From a virus (taxonomy: Duplodnaviria > Caudoviricetes): DNA of 40,905 nucleotides. This document shows positions 17,230 to 26,567 of the stretch, piece by piece. The notes below the pieces were generated by a model. It did not search any database and had not been told where the DNA came from. It was given only the letters and a program-made list of their open reading frames with translations. The stretch is from the IMG/VR virus record IMGVR_UViG_3300038673_000658, positions 1-40,905 of that record; one strand, 5' to 3'. Made by a program: the position numbers and the translations under genes. The stretch's first letter is position 1. Every line of letters starts with the position of its first letter.

Positions 17230-19575
17230 ATGGCTAAAACATCAACTTCCAGAGGGAGGTTTTCCAATGCTGAAAATAAGTCTCAAAGTATAGAAGAATC
17301 TTTAGGTCTTACTGATAGCGGCTTATATGTTCCTGCATCAAATACTACAGTCATTAAGAATATGCCTACTATCAAGCAGGCTCTTGATGCTCTGGATGTA
17401 TATGTTCAATCACTTGCTACTAAAAACTATGTTGATGAGTTAGACAATACAAACGATGAGGCTCATGAAACATTAAGTAACAAAATAGTACAGCAAGCTG
17501 TTGATATTGAAGATAACACAATAGATTGGTCTGTTGCCAATCATTTTATGCTTACTCTTTCTGGAGATACTGAACTTTTTGAGAGTAATCTTCCAGAGCA
17601 TCCTGAAGTAAGGGAAATATCCATGAATATAGATGGTGACTTCGTACTTACCCTACCTTCCTATTGGAAAGCATTGAGTACAACTACTTACGATGGAAGT
17701 AAAACTAATCTTTTTAAAGTCTTTTGTGAAAATGACACTGCTGTTGCTAAAAAAGCAACTATCACTTTAGATGGTACAGCAGGTCATCTTGAAATCGACG
17801 CCGCAGGAGAACTTAGCAAGTATGTAACTTTTTCTGATAGTCTTGAAGTATCAGCACAGAATTTTGTAACCGATTATGCTGCTGATTATCTTGAGAAAAA
17901 AATTGTTCTTACCTCTAGCGGCTCTGTTATTACAATGGAGAGCCAATTAGAAGGATATGACTTTACAACTCCTGTAGCAGGTGAAGTTCTCGGTACTCTG
18001 GATGGTGTTTCAAACATTATACAGATTAATGTGGAAGCTATGAAACTAAAGGAATCTATTACCCTTTCAGGAGCGGATGGTAAAGTAACTATTGGTGCTG
18101 CAGGAGGACTTAGTTTTGATGTTGTATTTAATGATTCACTTACTCAAAGCGCTCTTGATTTTGCTACTGCGTATGCGTCAGATTATCTTGCAGAAGGAAT
18201 AGTTCTTACTGCTGATGAAGAGTCTATTATAATGGAAGCACAGACTGCTGGTACAGGATTTACTGCTCCTACAACCACTTCTATAGCAGGTGATCTTGAT
18301 GGTACTGTAACCAATGTACAGGCGAATGTTTCTGCTGTAGCTCAGGTGCATAGAATTATTGTTACAGGAACTAGTGGAATAGCTATAGTGGATGATGCTG
18401 GTGGACTTACTAAAAGTCTTACTTTTAACTCTACTCTCTCTCAGACTGTAACAGATTTTTATAATAATAATGCTGCGGACTATCTTGCAGAGAACATAGT
18501 TCTCACCAAAGAAAATGCCACGGCTCAGGTAGATATAGTTACTCTTACCGGTACAGGAGGTACTGCTAACATTACTGGTGCAGGAGGTCCTACAAAAGTA
18601 GTAACATATGCAACTTCTCTGACTCAAACAGCAAGTAATTTTGTATCCGATAATGCCGGTGATTATCTTACTCACTGGGGAATAGTAGTTACTTCTGATG
18701 ATGAAAATATTATATTTACGGCTAATATTGCAGGTACAGCTTTTGAACATCCTACAATAACCAATGTTACTGATGATCTTGCAGGTACTGTTGACAATTC
18801 AGTGGCAAACGTAACTCCCAAGCTTATATTCACTGCTAATACGGCAGGAGTAGCATTTACTGCTCCTACCATTACCAATGATACTGGGGATATCACAGGA
18901 ACTGTTGATAATCCTCAACCCAATGTCGTTGCAGTAGCACAATCTGATTCTCTTGAATTTACAGGAACTGATGGAAAAGCAACTGTAGCAACTACTGGTG
19001 GGTTGACTAAGGTTATATCTTTCACTACAAGTCTTGCTAATACTGCAAGTAGCTTTGTAAGTACTTATTCTGCAGATTATTTGGCTCAGGGGGTAGTTCT
19101 TTCTGTTGATGGGAATAGTGTTGTAATGACTGCAAATACGGCAGGAACTGCTTTTGACAGTCCTACTATCACAAATACCCCTTGGGATTTAGATGGACTT
19201 GTGGCTACTGTTCAACCTAATGTAGTTGCTGTAAAACAAAGTAATAATGTAACCCTCTCAGGTTCATTTGGGGCTGTTGATATTTCAGTAGCAGGCGGAC
19301 TTACTAAAAGAGTCACTTATAATGTTGCTGATGAACTTAGTGGTACTGCAGGAGATTTTGTAACTCTTCATGCAGTAGCTTATGCTGCAGAAGGAATTGC
19401 AATAAGTAATCTTAATGAAGTAATAACTTTTGAAGCAATTACTGCTGGGGTAGCTTTTGATGCTCCTGTTGTTACACCTGTAGCAGGTGATTTAACAGGT
19501 TCAGCTGAAGTTACTGTAGCAAATGTTGCTCCTAAAGTATGGTATGAAATAAAACAACCTGTGGCTTATTCTTAA
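17230..19575 (+). CDS. repeat-containing fibre/decoration protein (six ~99-aa domains)
   Basis: repeats starting ~17743, 18040, 18337, 18517 (nested), 18934, 19231 with consensus TLxGxxG...AGGLTK...F...A.DYLA.GIVLT...I.FTA..AG..F..P...GDL.G. Confidence 0.85.
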   Translation: MAKTSTSRGRFSNAENKSQSIEESLGLTDSGLYVPASNTTVIKNMPTIKQALDALDVYVQSLATKNYVDELDNTNDEAHETLSNKIVQQAVDIEDNTIDWSVANHFMLTLSGDTELFESNLPEHPEVREISMNIDGDFVLTLPSYWKALSTTTYDGSKTNLFKVFCENDTAVAKKATITLDGTAGHLEIDAAGELSKYVTFSDSLEVSAQNFVTDYAADYLEKKIVLTSSGSVITMESQLEGYDFTTPVAGEVLGTLDGVSNIIQINVEAMKLKESITLSGADGKVTIGAAGGLSFDVVFNDSLTQSALDFATAYASDYLAEGIVLTADEESIIMEAQTAGTGFTAPTTTSIAGDLDGTVTNVQANVSAVAQVHRIIVTGTSGIAIVDDAGGLTKSLTFNSTLSQTVTDFYNNNAADYLAENIVLTKENATAQVDIVTLTGTGGTANITGAGGPTKVVTYATSLTQTASNFVSDNAGDYLTHWGIVVTSDDENIIFTANIAGTAFEHPTITNVTDDLAGTVDNSVANVTPKLIFTANTAGVAFTAPTITNDTGDITGTVDNPQPNVVAVAQSDSLEFTGTDGKATVATTGGLTKVISFTTSLANTASSFVSTYSADYLAQGVVLSVDGNSVVMTANTAGTAFDSPTITNTPWDLDGLVATVQPNVVAVKQSNNVTLSGSFGAVDISVAGGLTKRVTYNVADELSGTAGDFVTLHAVAYAAEGIAISNLNEVITFEAITAGVAFDAPVVTPVAGDLTGSAEVTVANVAPKVWYEIKQPVAYS

Positions 19576-19579
19576 TTGT

Positions 19580-20077
19580 ATGGGTGGTAATAGACCTCCT
19601 TCGGGAGTACACAAAAGAGGTTACGATAGTTCATCGTATGTTAAGATAGTTGGCATAGAAAAGGATGTACTTGAATCCATGACCACTGATAACTCAAGTG
19701 ATATAGAAAAACTTGTAGATACCAATGATCAGGGAAATGGTGTTATCAATAGAGTTGTGATACCGTTTGATGGATTCAAGTACATCACCACCCATGTCAG
19801 AATTTCAGCAAACAGTGCTAACGATACTGTTACGATGACCCTATGGGGAACTAATGATGAAAGAGCTGATAATCTTTCTGATACTTATTGGGTGGATATT
19901 ACTGAAGATGAATGGTTGACATCATCCGTAGTTGTAAATAATTCCACTTATGAGCATATATTCATAATTGATCTTCCTTTGGTTATGGATTCATTAATGA
20001 TTAAATTGGAATATGCTTATTCAGGAGGGATTGCAGCTGACAATTCTGTAGAGATATTCGTTAAAAAGTCAAGTTAA
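19580..20077 (+). CDS. hypothetical beta-rich structural protein
   Basis: alternating hydrophobic strands; within fibre cluster. Confidence 0.65.
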   Translation: MGGNRPPSGVHKRGYDSSSYVKIVGIEKDVLESMTTDNSSDIEKLVDTNDQGNGVINRVVIPFDGFKYITTHVRISANSANDTVTMTLWGTNDERADNLSDTYWVDITEDEWLTSSVVVNNSTYEHIFIIDLPLVMDSLMIKLEYAYSGGIAADNSVEIFVKKSS

Positions 20078-22008
20078 TGGCGGATAATATTACAAGAACC
20101 AGCGATAGGTACACTACTTCTGATAGTGATTATAAGGTCAAATATGATGGATTAGACCCTGTAGGAGGATATCTTGGTGATAAGATAGTAGCAGGTGCTA
20201 ATATTACTATAGAGGAAGGTGACGGAGTCAATGAGAATAAACTTGTAATTAGTGCATCAGGCGGTTCTGCTACTGATGAACTTGTGAAATATAATGCTGA
20301 TGATATTACGGCAGGTTATCTTTCTGATAAGATTATAGCAGGCGATGGTATTTCAGTTGCTGAAGGTATTGGGGCTGATGAGAATAAACTTGTAATAACG
20401 AATAGTGCATTATCAAGTTATGTAGAAAGTGTAACAGCTACTCCTGACGAACAATGGCCGATCTCTTACCTAAAGTATAGTAAAGGAGGAGTTGACTACG
20501 ATATTACTGAAATACCTAAACCTGATGGTCTCCTTTCAGGAGGAAGAGTTTCTTGGGTTGAGGGATTGATATTTGATATTACTGCTGCGATCTATTATAT
20601 TTTAGGATCGCTTTATACTACTCTTAGTTCAAGAGTTACATTGTCAGCATCCGATCCTGTATTAAATAGAATTGATGCCATCATAGTAGATGTTAACGAG
20701 GTAGTATCTGTTATAGAAGGTATTCCTGCAGCAAATCCACAAAAACCATCTATAGACCCTGCAACACAAATAGAACTTACTTATGTTCTTATTCCTGCTG
20801 GCGCTACTGTTCCTGATTTAGATATAGGTGAAGAAATAGTATATGATGAAAATGTAGAGTGGACTGGTTCAGCTTCAGGAGTATTAGTTAATTTTGCATA
20901 TCTTTTTCTTCCCTATCATGGACTTACTTGTATTGATGTAGGAACAATCGGTAATAACGATACCATATCTTTCACATCAGCATCACTTGTCGATAGAACA
21001 GACTTTGAAGACTTTATTTTTAATATAAGTCTTAAAGGTATAATGCCTAACCAGCATAGGCTTTTTATTAGATTTTATAATGGTACAACTCCTGTAAGTA
21101 ATGAAGTTCAACCTGCTATTAATAAGAAGTTTGTCATAGGCTATCAAAATATGTCTATGAAGCTGTCATCGTTTACTTGGATGTCATCTTCCTTTGACAC
21201 TATTGTTTTCAGATATAGTCGATCATCAGGTGATACTACTTATGTAGGATTTAGTTTAGACTATATAAAATTACAAACAAGTGTCACTACGGTATTACCC
21301 GTCAATACAGGTATTGAGCTTATAGGAGATGTTACAGGTGTTGGAACTACAGGCTCTCCTTTATTAACTTCATTAGCAATTTTAAATCCTTCCCCTGCTG
21401 GAACATATGGGGGAGCATCGGCAATTCCTGTAGTTACAGTAGATACAAAAGGAAGAGTGACAGCAGTTACTACAGAAAGTATAAGTACAGCAGATGAAAA
21501 GGTTAAATATGATGCTGAAGATGGTACTGCTGATTACTTATCTGCCAAGATAATAGCTGGTACTAATATTACAATAGAAGAAGGCACCGAAGCAGATGAA
21601 AATAAATTAAAGATTAGTTGCACTTTAATATCTGGACCAACTGGTGCTACTGGTGCAACAGGACCTACCGGACCTACGGGGTCGGCATCAACAGTCCCTG
21701 GTCCTACCGGTCCAACTGGAGCAACAGGAGCAACAGGTCCAGCAGGAGAGGGAGGCGCTGGAGCGTCCTCATATACCCTCGACTTTCAGGCTTCGGCGGT
21801 GGTGATGAACGACATCAACCTTGAAGGGGCCATTACCATCACCGATATCATAGGGCTAAACGTGGATACGCTGAAGCTCGACAACGTGGCGCAAGCCCTT
21901 GGCGCGGGATTGTCGATTGCCGTAGCCAACCAGCAGATCCTTGCATGGGAAATCACACGCACAGCCCCGGGATATGCAGCACTGGGAATTAAATTCACTA
22001 AATCGTAA
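20077..22008 (+). CDS. collagen-containing fibre protein
   Basis: three DExVKY...YLxxKIIAG.NI.I.EG...ENKL.I repeats (20128, 20275, 21493), GTY...VTVDTKGRVT fibre motif, Gly-X-Thr collagen tract 21634-21762. Confidence 0.85.
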   Translation: MADNITRTSDRYTTSDSDYKVKYDGLDPVGGYLGDKIVAGANITIEEGDGVNENKLVISASGGSATDELVKYNADDITAGYLSDKIIAGDGISVAEGIGADENKLVITNSALSSYVESVTATPDEQWPISYLKYSKGGVDYDITEIPKPDGLLSGGRVSWVEGLIFDITAAIYYILGSLYTTLSSRVTLSASDPVLNRIDAIIVDVNEVVSVIEGIPAANPQKPSIDPATQIELTYVLIPAGATVPDLDIGEEIVYDENVEWTGSASGVLVNFAYLFLPYHGLTCIDVGTIGNNDTISFTSASLVDRTDFEDFIFNISLKGIMPNQHRLFIRFYNGTTPVSNEVQPAINKKFVIGYQNMSMKLSSFTWMSSSFDTIVFRYSRSSGDTTYVGFSLDYIKLQTSVTTVLPVNTGIELIGDVTGVGTTGSPLLTSLAILNPSPAGTYGGASAIPVVTVDTKGRVTAVTTESISTADEKVKYDAEDGTADYLSAKIIAGTNITIEEGTEADENKLKISCTLISGPTGATGATGPTGPTGSASTVPGPTGPTGATGATGPAGEGGAGASSYTLDFQASAVVMNDINLEGAITITDIIGLNVDTLKLDNVAQALGAGLSIAVANQQILAWEITRTAPGYAALGIKFTKS

Positions 22009-22014
22009 AATACA

Positions 22015-22296
22015 ATGAAATTAAAAATTGCAGAAACCATAGAGTGGGACGACGCCCTTCCGTTTGAAGAGCAGAGCTACCTTGCGCAGGCATGGTTTAA
22101 CCAGAACGTGCAGAGTAAAATGAGCGTCTATGACGACCGGGGGGGAGCAAAACTCACCCGCGACAAATTCGGGCGCCCATCGGCGTGGGTGGTAGACCTT
22201 CCGGAGTGCACCGTGGAGGTGAAATGGAACTTTCAGAAAAAGGAGAGCGCCGACTGGACAAAAGGCAAGGATACGGTAACCCTTAAAATGAAGTAA
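22015..22296 (+). CDS. hypothetical protein (cassette)
   Basis: 93-aa ORF with A-rich leader. Confidence 0.7.
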   Translation: MKLKIAETIEWDDALPFEEQSYLAQAWFNQNVQSKMSVYDDRGGAKLTRDKFGRPSAWVVDLPECTVEVKWNFQKKESADWTKGKDTVTLKMK

Positions 22297-22298
22297 AT

Positions 22299-24407
22299 AT
22301 GAACGCATACGTTTGGAGAACCGTCAATGCAGCGGCACGGTATGTTTGCTCATATAGCGGATCAGACATCACGGGAGATGGTTTATCGACAAATCCGTTT
22401 CGCTCGCTGACAAAAGCTCATACTGCAACACATATACTCACTGTTAATCTGACCGGTGCCAGCGGAGGTACGGGGTATACAGTGAATGACGTGCTGACCC
22501 TTGCCACCCCATCGGGGGGGATCGCAGCGACGGTGCGCGTTTCGACCGTAAATGCCGGGGTTGTTACAGCCGTGGTGCTTACCTACCGTGGAGTCGGATA
22601 CAGCGTAGGAGTAAAAACAACCACCGGAGGAACAGGAGCGAATTGTACAATCAACGTTGCTACGGTATCAACAACAAACTGCGACATTATTTGCCGTGGG
22701 TTATTCAGTGATGATATTGTTACTGGTACGCATACGAATAAAATTGACGCTGATTATTATGGGGCAGCCGTGTGGGACGGACAAAATCTATACAATTTGT
22801 ATGGTTTCCGCCATAATAACATGATCTTTTTAAATTCAGGATCAGTACCCGGATACGTGGGCGTTGGCGGTGCTTTTAATAGTAATTCTGTGGGCAATGC
22901 GAACGTTGTCTACGGGTTGGCCGGCTCACCTGCTTTTGTGGACAACTGTGTGCTCTATTGGGGCGTGGTAGGCGGGAGTTCGCAAAATTTCACGGTTTTC
23001 TCGCGCATCAAACCAAACGCCAGTTACCTCTGCTCGCTGGGATCGCTTGCAAACGCTGCAGGCTGGAGCCAGAATCTTACGGTTTACGGGATACCCAAAG
23101 CAAGCATGCGAAAGGCCATTACTACGACAACTGGGTTTTTTGGCCCGCTGCACCGATACTCGTTGTACTCAAACTGTGCCATTTACCTGGACCAGATGGG
23201 GACCTTTGACCGCTGCATGTTCGCGGGCGATGTGACATGGTGGGTTGGCGATACCCAGTTCACTCCAACTGGTGCCACTGATGCCGCCAAGCTGCAAAGC
23301 ATCGTCACCCAGCTTGCGGGGATGGCGGGGACGGCAGGGCTTAACAAGATCGCACTCACCAACACCGGAGCTACAGAGAGCCGGTTTACCTCACAGGTCG
23401 CAGCCGATATTTTTAACAATCCGACGCTTCAGGATTTTACGCTTAAAAATGGCAGCGATGCCATTTTAGACCCAACGGACACGCTTTATGTAAATGGTGT
23501 TTTTACTTATTTCGGGGCGATGAAACCTGCGCTGAATGTTCCCATCATGGAAGATTCGTCTGGGGTACCAGGGACGTGGGACGAAAATACTGCAACGGGA
23601 TGTTTGTCGGTTGCTGCAGGAAACATCATCCAGATTGACGAGGCAAGCCCTACAGCTTTGAGTCAGATTTATTCCAAAGTCATTGTCATTAACAATCGAA
23701 CCATGATCCTTGACGGGATAAAAAGCCTGATGGTGCCAAAGCTTGAAAACAACTATTACCTTGAAGACAGGGTGATGGTCGATACGACGCCGATTTATGA
23801 GTTGACTTCGCTCGCAGTCGGCCGGTATAAAGTATGTGCATACCCGTTAACCTACGAGGGGAACATTTACTATGTAGGAGATACGGTTTATGTGTCGGGT
23901 ACCGGAACATCATTTACCGACTTTGACGGAAATACCGCGTATTTGCTCGAAATTGACGATCCTAATTTTTATAACCCCGTGCATGTACGCCAGACACGGG
24001 CCATTTATGCGACGGTTGCTGTCGGGGGAGCATTGCAAAGCGGTGGAGTTTACCTGAATTACGGAAACGAGAGCATTACCTACAGGGGGAGGACCATTGT
24101 AACCGGAGAAAGCTTCATGGCCGAGAACTCAGTAGATTCTTTTTCGGGTACAGCCGGTTATCTGATCGGGATTGTTTTTGATGATACCCGTGTTCCTGCT
24201 GCAGAATGGATTCCAGCCCTTTCATTTGACGATTATTTCAATGGCATGAACGGGGCTTCGCAGGTATATGACGATGAAAGCCGCCCGGCGGGAAGCGGAA
24301 ATCCAAAATCATACGCAGCACCGCTGCTTGGGACATTTGCGAAGCAGTTATTGAACTACAATTACATTCAGTTCAAAATAATGCTACGTGAGTATGATGT
24401 TGTTTAA
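22299..24407 (+). CDS. tail spike/receptor-binding protein with probable beta-helix
   Basis: YV...GSDITGDGLSTNPFRSLTKA cap and IFNNPTLQDFTLKNGSDAI exit motif typical of pectin-lyase-like beta-helix proteins. Confidence 0.65.
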   Translation: MNAYVWRTVNAAARYVCSYSGSDITGDGLSTNPFRSLTKAHTATHILTVNLTGASGGTGYTVNDVLTLATPSGGIAATVRVSTVNAGVVTAVVLTYRGVGYSVGVKTTTGGTGANCTINVATVSTTNCDIICRGLFSDDIVTGTHTNKIDADYYGAAVWDGQNLYNLYGFRHNNMIFLNSGSVPGYVGVGGAFNSNSVGNANVVYGLAGSPAFVDNCVLYWGVVGGSSQNFTVFSRIKPNASYLCSLGSLANAAGWSQNLTVYGIPKASMRKAITTTTGFFGPLHRYSLYSNCAIYLDQMGTFDRCMFAGDVTWWVGDTQFTPTGATDAAKLQSIVTQLAGMAGTAGLNKIALTNTGATESRFTSQVAADIFNNPTLQDFTLKNGSDAILDPTDTLYVNGVFTYFGAMKPALNVPIMEDSSGVPGTWDENTATGCLSVAAGNIIQIDEASPTALSQIYSKVIVINNRTMILDGIKSLMVPKLENNYYLEDRVMVDTTPIYELTSLAVGRYKVCAYPLTYEGNIYYVGDTVYVSGTGTSFTDFDGNTAYLLEIDDPNFYNPVHVRQTRAIYATVAVGGALQSGGVYLNYGNESITYRGRTIVTGESFMAENSVDSFSGTAGYLIGIVFDDTRVPAAEWIPALSFDDYFNGMNGASQVYDDESRPAGSGNPKSYAAPLLGTFAKQLLNYNYIQFKIMLREYDVV

Positions 24408-24684
24408 TTCATTCAGCGTTACCTTTCGTCCGGTCGCACTGGCTGACGCAGTTGTACAGACAACTTTGTTCAGTTCATTTTCGGCAACCTATAAGGATAA
24501 CATCCCATCAGACGGCATTGCTGACACAACAATATTCAGATCATTTTCGGTAACGTCATTACTGATAAATCCGAGTATTCCGTTTTCGGTGGTGTGTTCG
24601 TACTTTTCATTGACCATCCCAGAACTGTCAGTCATTGAAGCCCAGAGGGACCCATTCGGGCTTATAACGCACAAGAAAAAGTAG
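24388..24684 (+). CDS. small Ser/Thr-rich protein with internal repeats
   Basis: LFNSFSVT, LFSSFSAT, IFRSFSVT, CSYFSLT. Confidence 0.65.
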   Translation: MSMMLFNSFSVTFRPVALADAVVQTTLFSSFSATYKDNIPSDGIADTTIFRSFSVTSLLINPSIPFSVVCSYFSLTIPELSVIEAQRDPFGLITHKKK

Positions 24685-24692
24685 TTTTGCTA

Positions 24693-25595
24693 ATGAAGAT
24701 ATCTGTTTCAATGATAGTCCGCAATGAGCGCAGTTGTATTGCCAAAGCTCTTAACAGCGTTGCTGATGCAGATGAGATAATTGTCTGCGATACCGGAAGC
24801 ACTGATGACACCGTTGAAATAGCGCAAAACTACGGGGCAAAGGTGTTCACTGACTACCTATGGAACGATAACTTCGCAGAGGCACGGAACCACTCCCTTG
24901 ACAAATGCAAAGGCGACTGGGTTCTTATCATTGATGCTGACGAACATCTTGAGCCGGGAGGAATAAATAAGGTCAGAGAACTGCTCCAGAGCGGGATCAA
25001 TGGTCATAACACGGTTTACTTTCAGACGATAGCGGAAGGAGGAAGCCAAAACCACAACTCCATAAGGATATTCAAGCGGAACTCCGGCATAAGGTGGAAG
25101 GGAGCTGCACACAACTATCTAACCGAAAGCAAAGGATACTTTTCAGATATTAAACTATTCTATGGATATTCCCCTACCCACAAGGCTGACCCAGACAGGA
25201 CACTCCGCATTCTTCAGAAAGAGGTTGACAGCAATCCAAACCAGCCACGGGAGACCTATTATCTGGCCCGTGAATACTACTACCGTCAGAACTGGACTGA
25301 AGCCATCAGGTACTATCAGGACTACCTGAATATCGCTACATGGGGACCGGAGATAGCCGATGCTTGGCTGATGCTGGCAAGATGTCACCACTCAAATAAT
25401 GACAGCTATAATGCCCGTGAGTGCGCCATGAAGGCAATCATCACGAATGCCAACTTTAAGGAGGCTATCCTGTTCATGGCTGAGTTAAGTGGTCCGAAGA
25501 ATGCAAGGCGGTGGAGGGAGATAGCAGAGACGGCAACGAATGAGGATGTTCTTTTCATACGAAAATGTGACGGTGATAATTATCAACAAATATAA
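24693..25595 (+). CDS. family 2 glycosyltransferase with C-terminal TPR
   Basis: ISVSMIVRNE, IIVCDTGSTD, W.DNFAEARN, WVLIIDADE (DxD), then YYLAREYY...AIRYY TPR helices; ATG 24693. Confidence 0.93.
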   Translation: MKISVSMIVRNERSCIAKALNSVADADEIIVCDTGSTDDTVEIAQNYGAKVFTDYLWNDNFAEARNHSLDKCKGDWVLIIDADEHLEPGGINKVRELLQSGINGHNTVYFQTIAEGGSQNHNSIRIFKRNSGIRWKGAAHNYLTESKGYFSDIKLFYGYSPTHKADPDRTLRILQKEVDSNPNQPRETYYLAREYYYRQNWTEAIRYYQDYLNIATWGPEIADAWLMLARCHHSNNDSYNARECAMKAIITNANFKEAILFMAELSGPKNARRWREIAETATNEDVLFIRKCDGDNYQQI

Positions 25596-25600
25596 CAGAT

Positions 25601-26005
25601 ATGTGCAAAATAATAGACAAACTTGAAAAACTATATGATGATTTGCTGGAAGCCCCATCATTTGAAGACCTCTACATTGATGATGATGGGGAATATACTT
25701 ATTATAAAGTAAATGAAGGAGAATTTAAATCAAGAGCGTTGCTAAATATTCCTGACATATCCATTGCTAAATCTTTTATAACAAAAGGAAGTACTGTAGA
25801 ACGGCATCAACATTGTAATAGTTATGAAATAATTATTGTTCTTCTAGGACACATGAATGTAACTCTCCCCAATCAAATTGTAAAATCACTTAAACAGTAT
25901 GATCATATAATAATCGAAAAGCAAACACCTCACTCTGTAACTATATTAGAAGATACCTCATTTATTGCAATAACTGTTCCTAAAGATGAAGGATTTCCCA
26001 GATAA
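25601..26005 (+). CDS. cupin-domain protein
   Basis: HQH...E (VERHQHCNSYE) and PH (QTPHSV) metal ligands of cupin motifs 1 and 2. Confidence 0.8.
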   Translation: MCKIIDKLEKLYDDLLEAPSFEDLYIDDDGEYTYYKVNEGEFKSRALLNIPDISIAKSFITKGSTVERHQHCNSYEIIIVLLGHMNVTLPNQIVKSLKQYDHIIIEKQTPHSVTILEDTSFIAITVPKDEGFPR

Positions 26006-26303
26006 TGAAACCCCTAGAAACTATAGTACTTGGAAAGAATTTGGATATTGGCTTATTCAGATTGTTAAAAAGAATGATAGTAGAACCGATGATCTTGAAG
26101 AAACTCAAGGTGATCATGAAATTCGTATTGTCAAGCTTGAAGAGATTGAGAAATCAAGACCTAAAGACCTTGAGAAGAGATTGGATAAGTTTGAAACCTC
26201 TATCAGAACTATATGGACTACAGTAATTATCATAGTGTCCTTTATAGTAGGTGCTGTAACATTAATCTTAAATATAATTGATACTTTGAAATTAGATAAA
26301 TAA
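25986..26303 (+). CDS. coiled-coil protein with C-terminal TM helix (XhlA/holin-like)
   Basis: DHEIRIVKLEE coiled coil then IWTTVIIIVSFIVGAVTLILNII. Confidence 0.65.
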   Translation: MKDFPDNETPRNYSTWKEFGYWLIQIVKKNDSRTDDLEETQGDHEIRIVKLEEIEKSRPKDLEKRLDKFETSIRTIWTTVIIIVSFIVGAVTLILNIIDTLKLDK

Positions 26304-26315
26304 TTTGTATCTTTG
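26285..26315 (+). promoter_or_regulatory. sigma-A promoter
   Basis: TTTG (26285-26288), 19-nt spacer, TATCTTTG (26308-26315). Confidence 0.75.
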
Positions 26316-26346
26316 CAGGAGTATAAACTTAATAGCATAATGTAAG

Positions 26347-26562
26347 ATGGAAAACAAATTTAATTTTGAACTGACTCTGGGAGAAATTCAGGTAATCCTG
26401 AAAGGACTCTCTAAATTGCCTTATGAACTGTCTGCAGGAATCATTGATGATATCCGCAATCAGTATTCTGAACAACTTAAAACTCAGGAAGAAAAGCTTA
26501 AACAAGAAAAACTTAAAAAAGCTGTAAAGCCTCCTGTTGAGGAAGTATCTAAAACCGATTAA
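26347..26562 (+). CDS. small helical protein
   Basis: LTLGEIQVILKGLSKLPY pattern common next to phage fibre genes. Confidence 0.7.
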   Translation: MENKFNFELTLGEIQVILKGLSKLPYELSAGIIDDIRNQYSEQLKTQEEKLKQEKLKKAVKPPVEEVSKTD

Positions 26563-26567
26563 ATACA

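Larger units (their letters stand above)
21760..25590. other. GC-rich horizontally acquired cassette (boundaries approximate)
   Basis: line 22141-22200 has 38/60 G+C vs 17/60 at 21061-21120; CpG and C/G-ending codons abundant only here. Confidence 0.8.
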
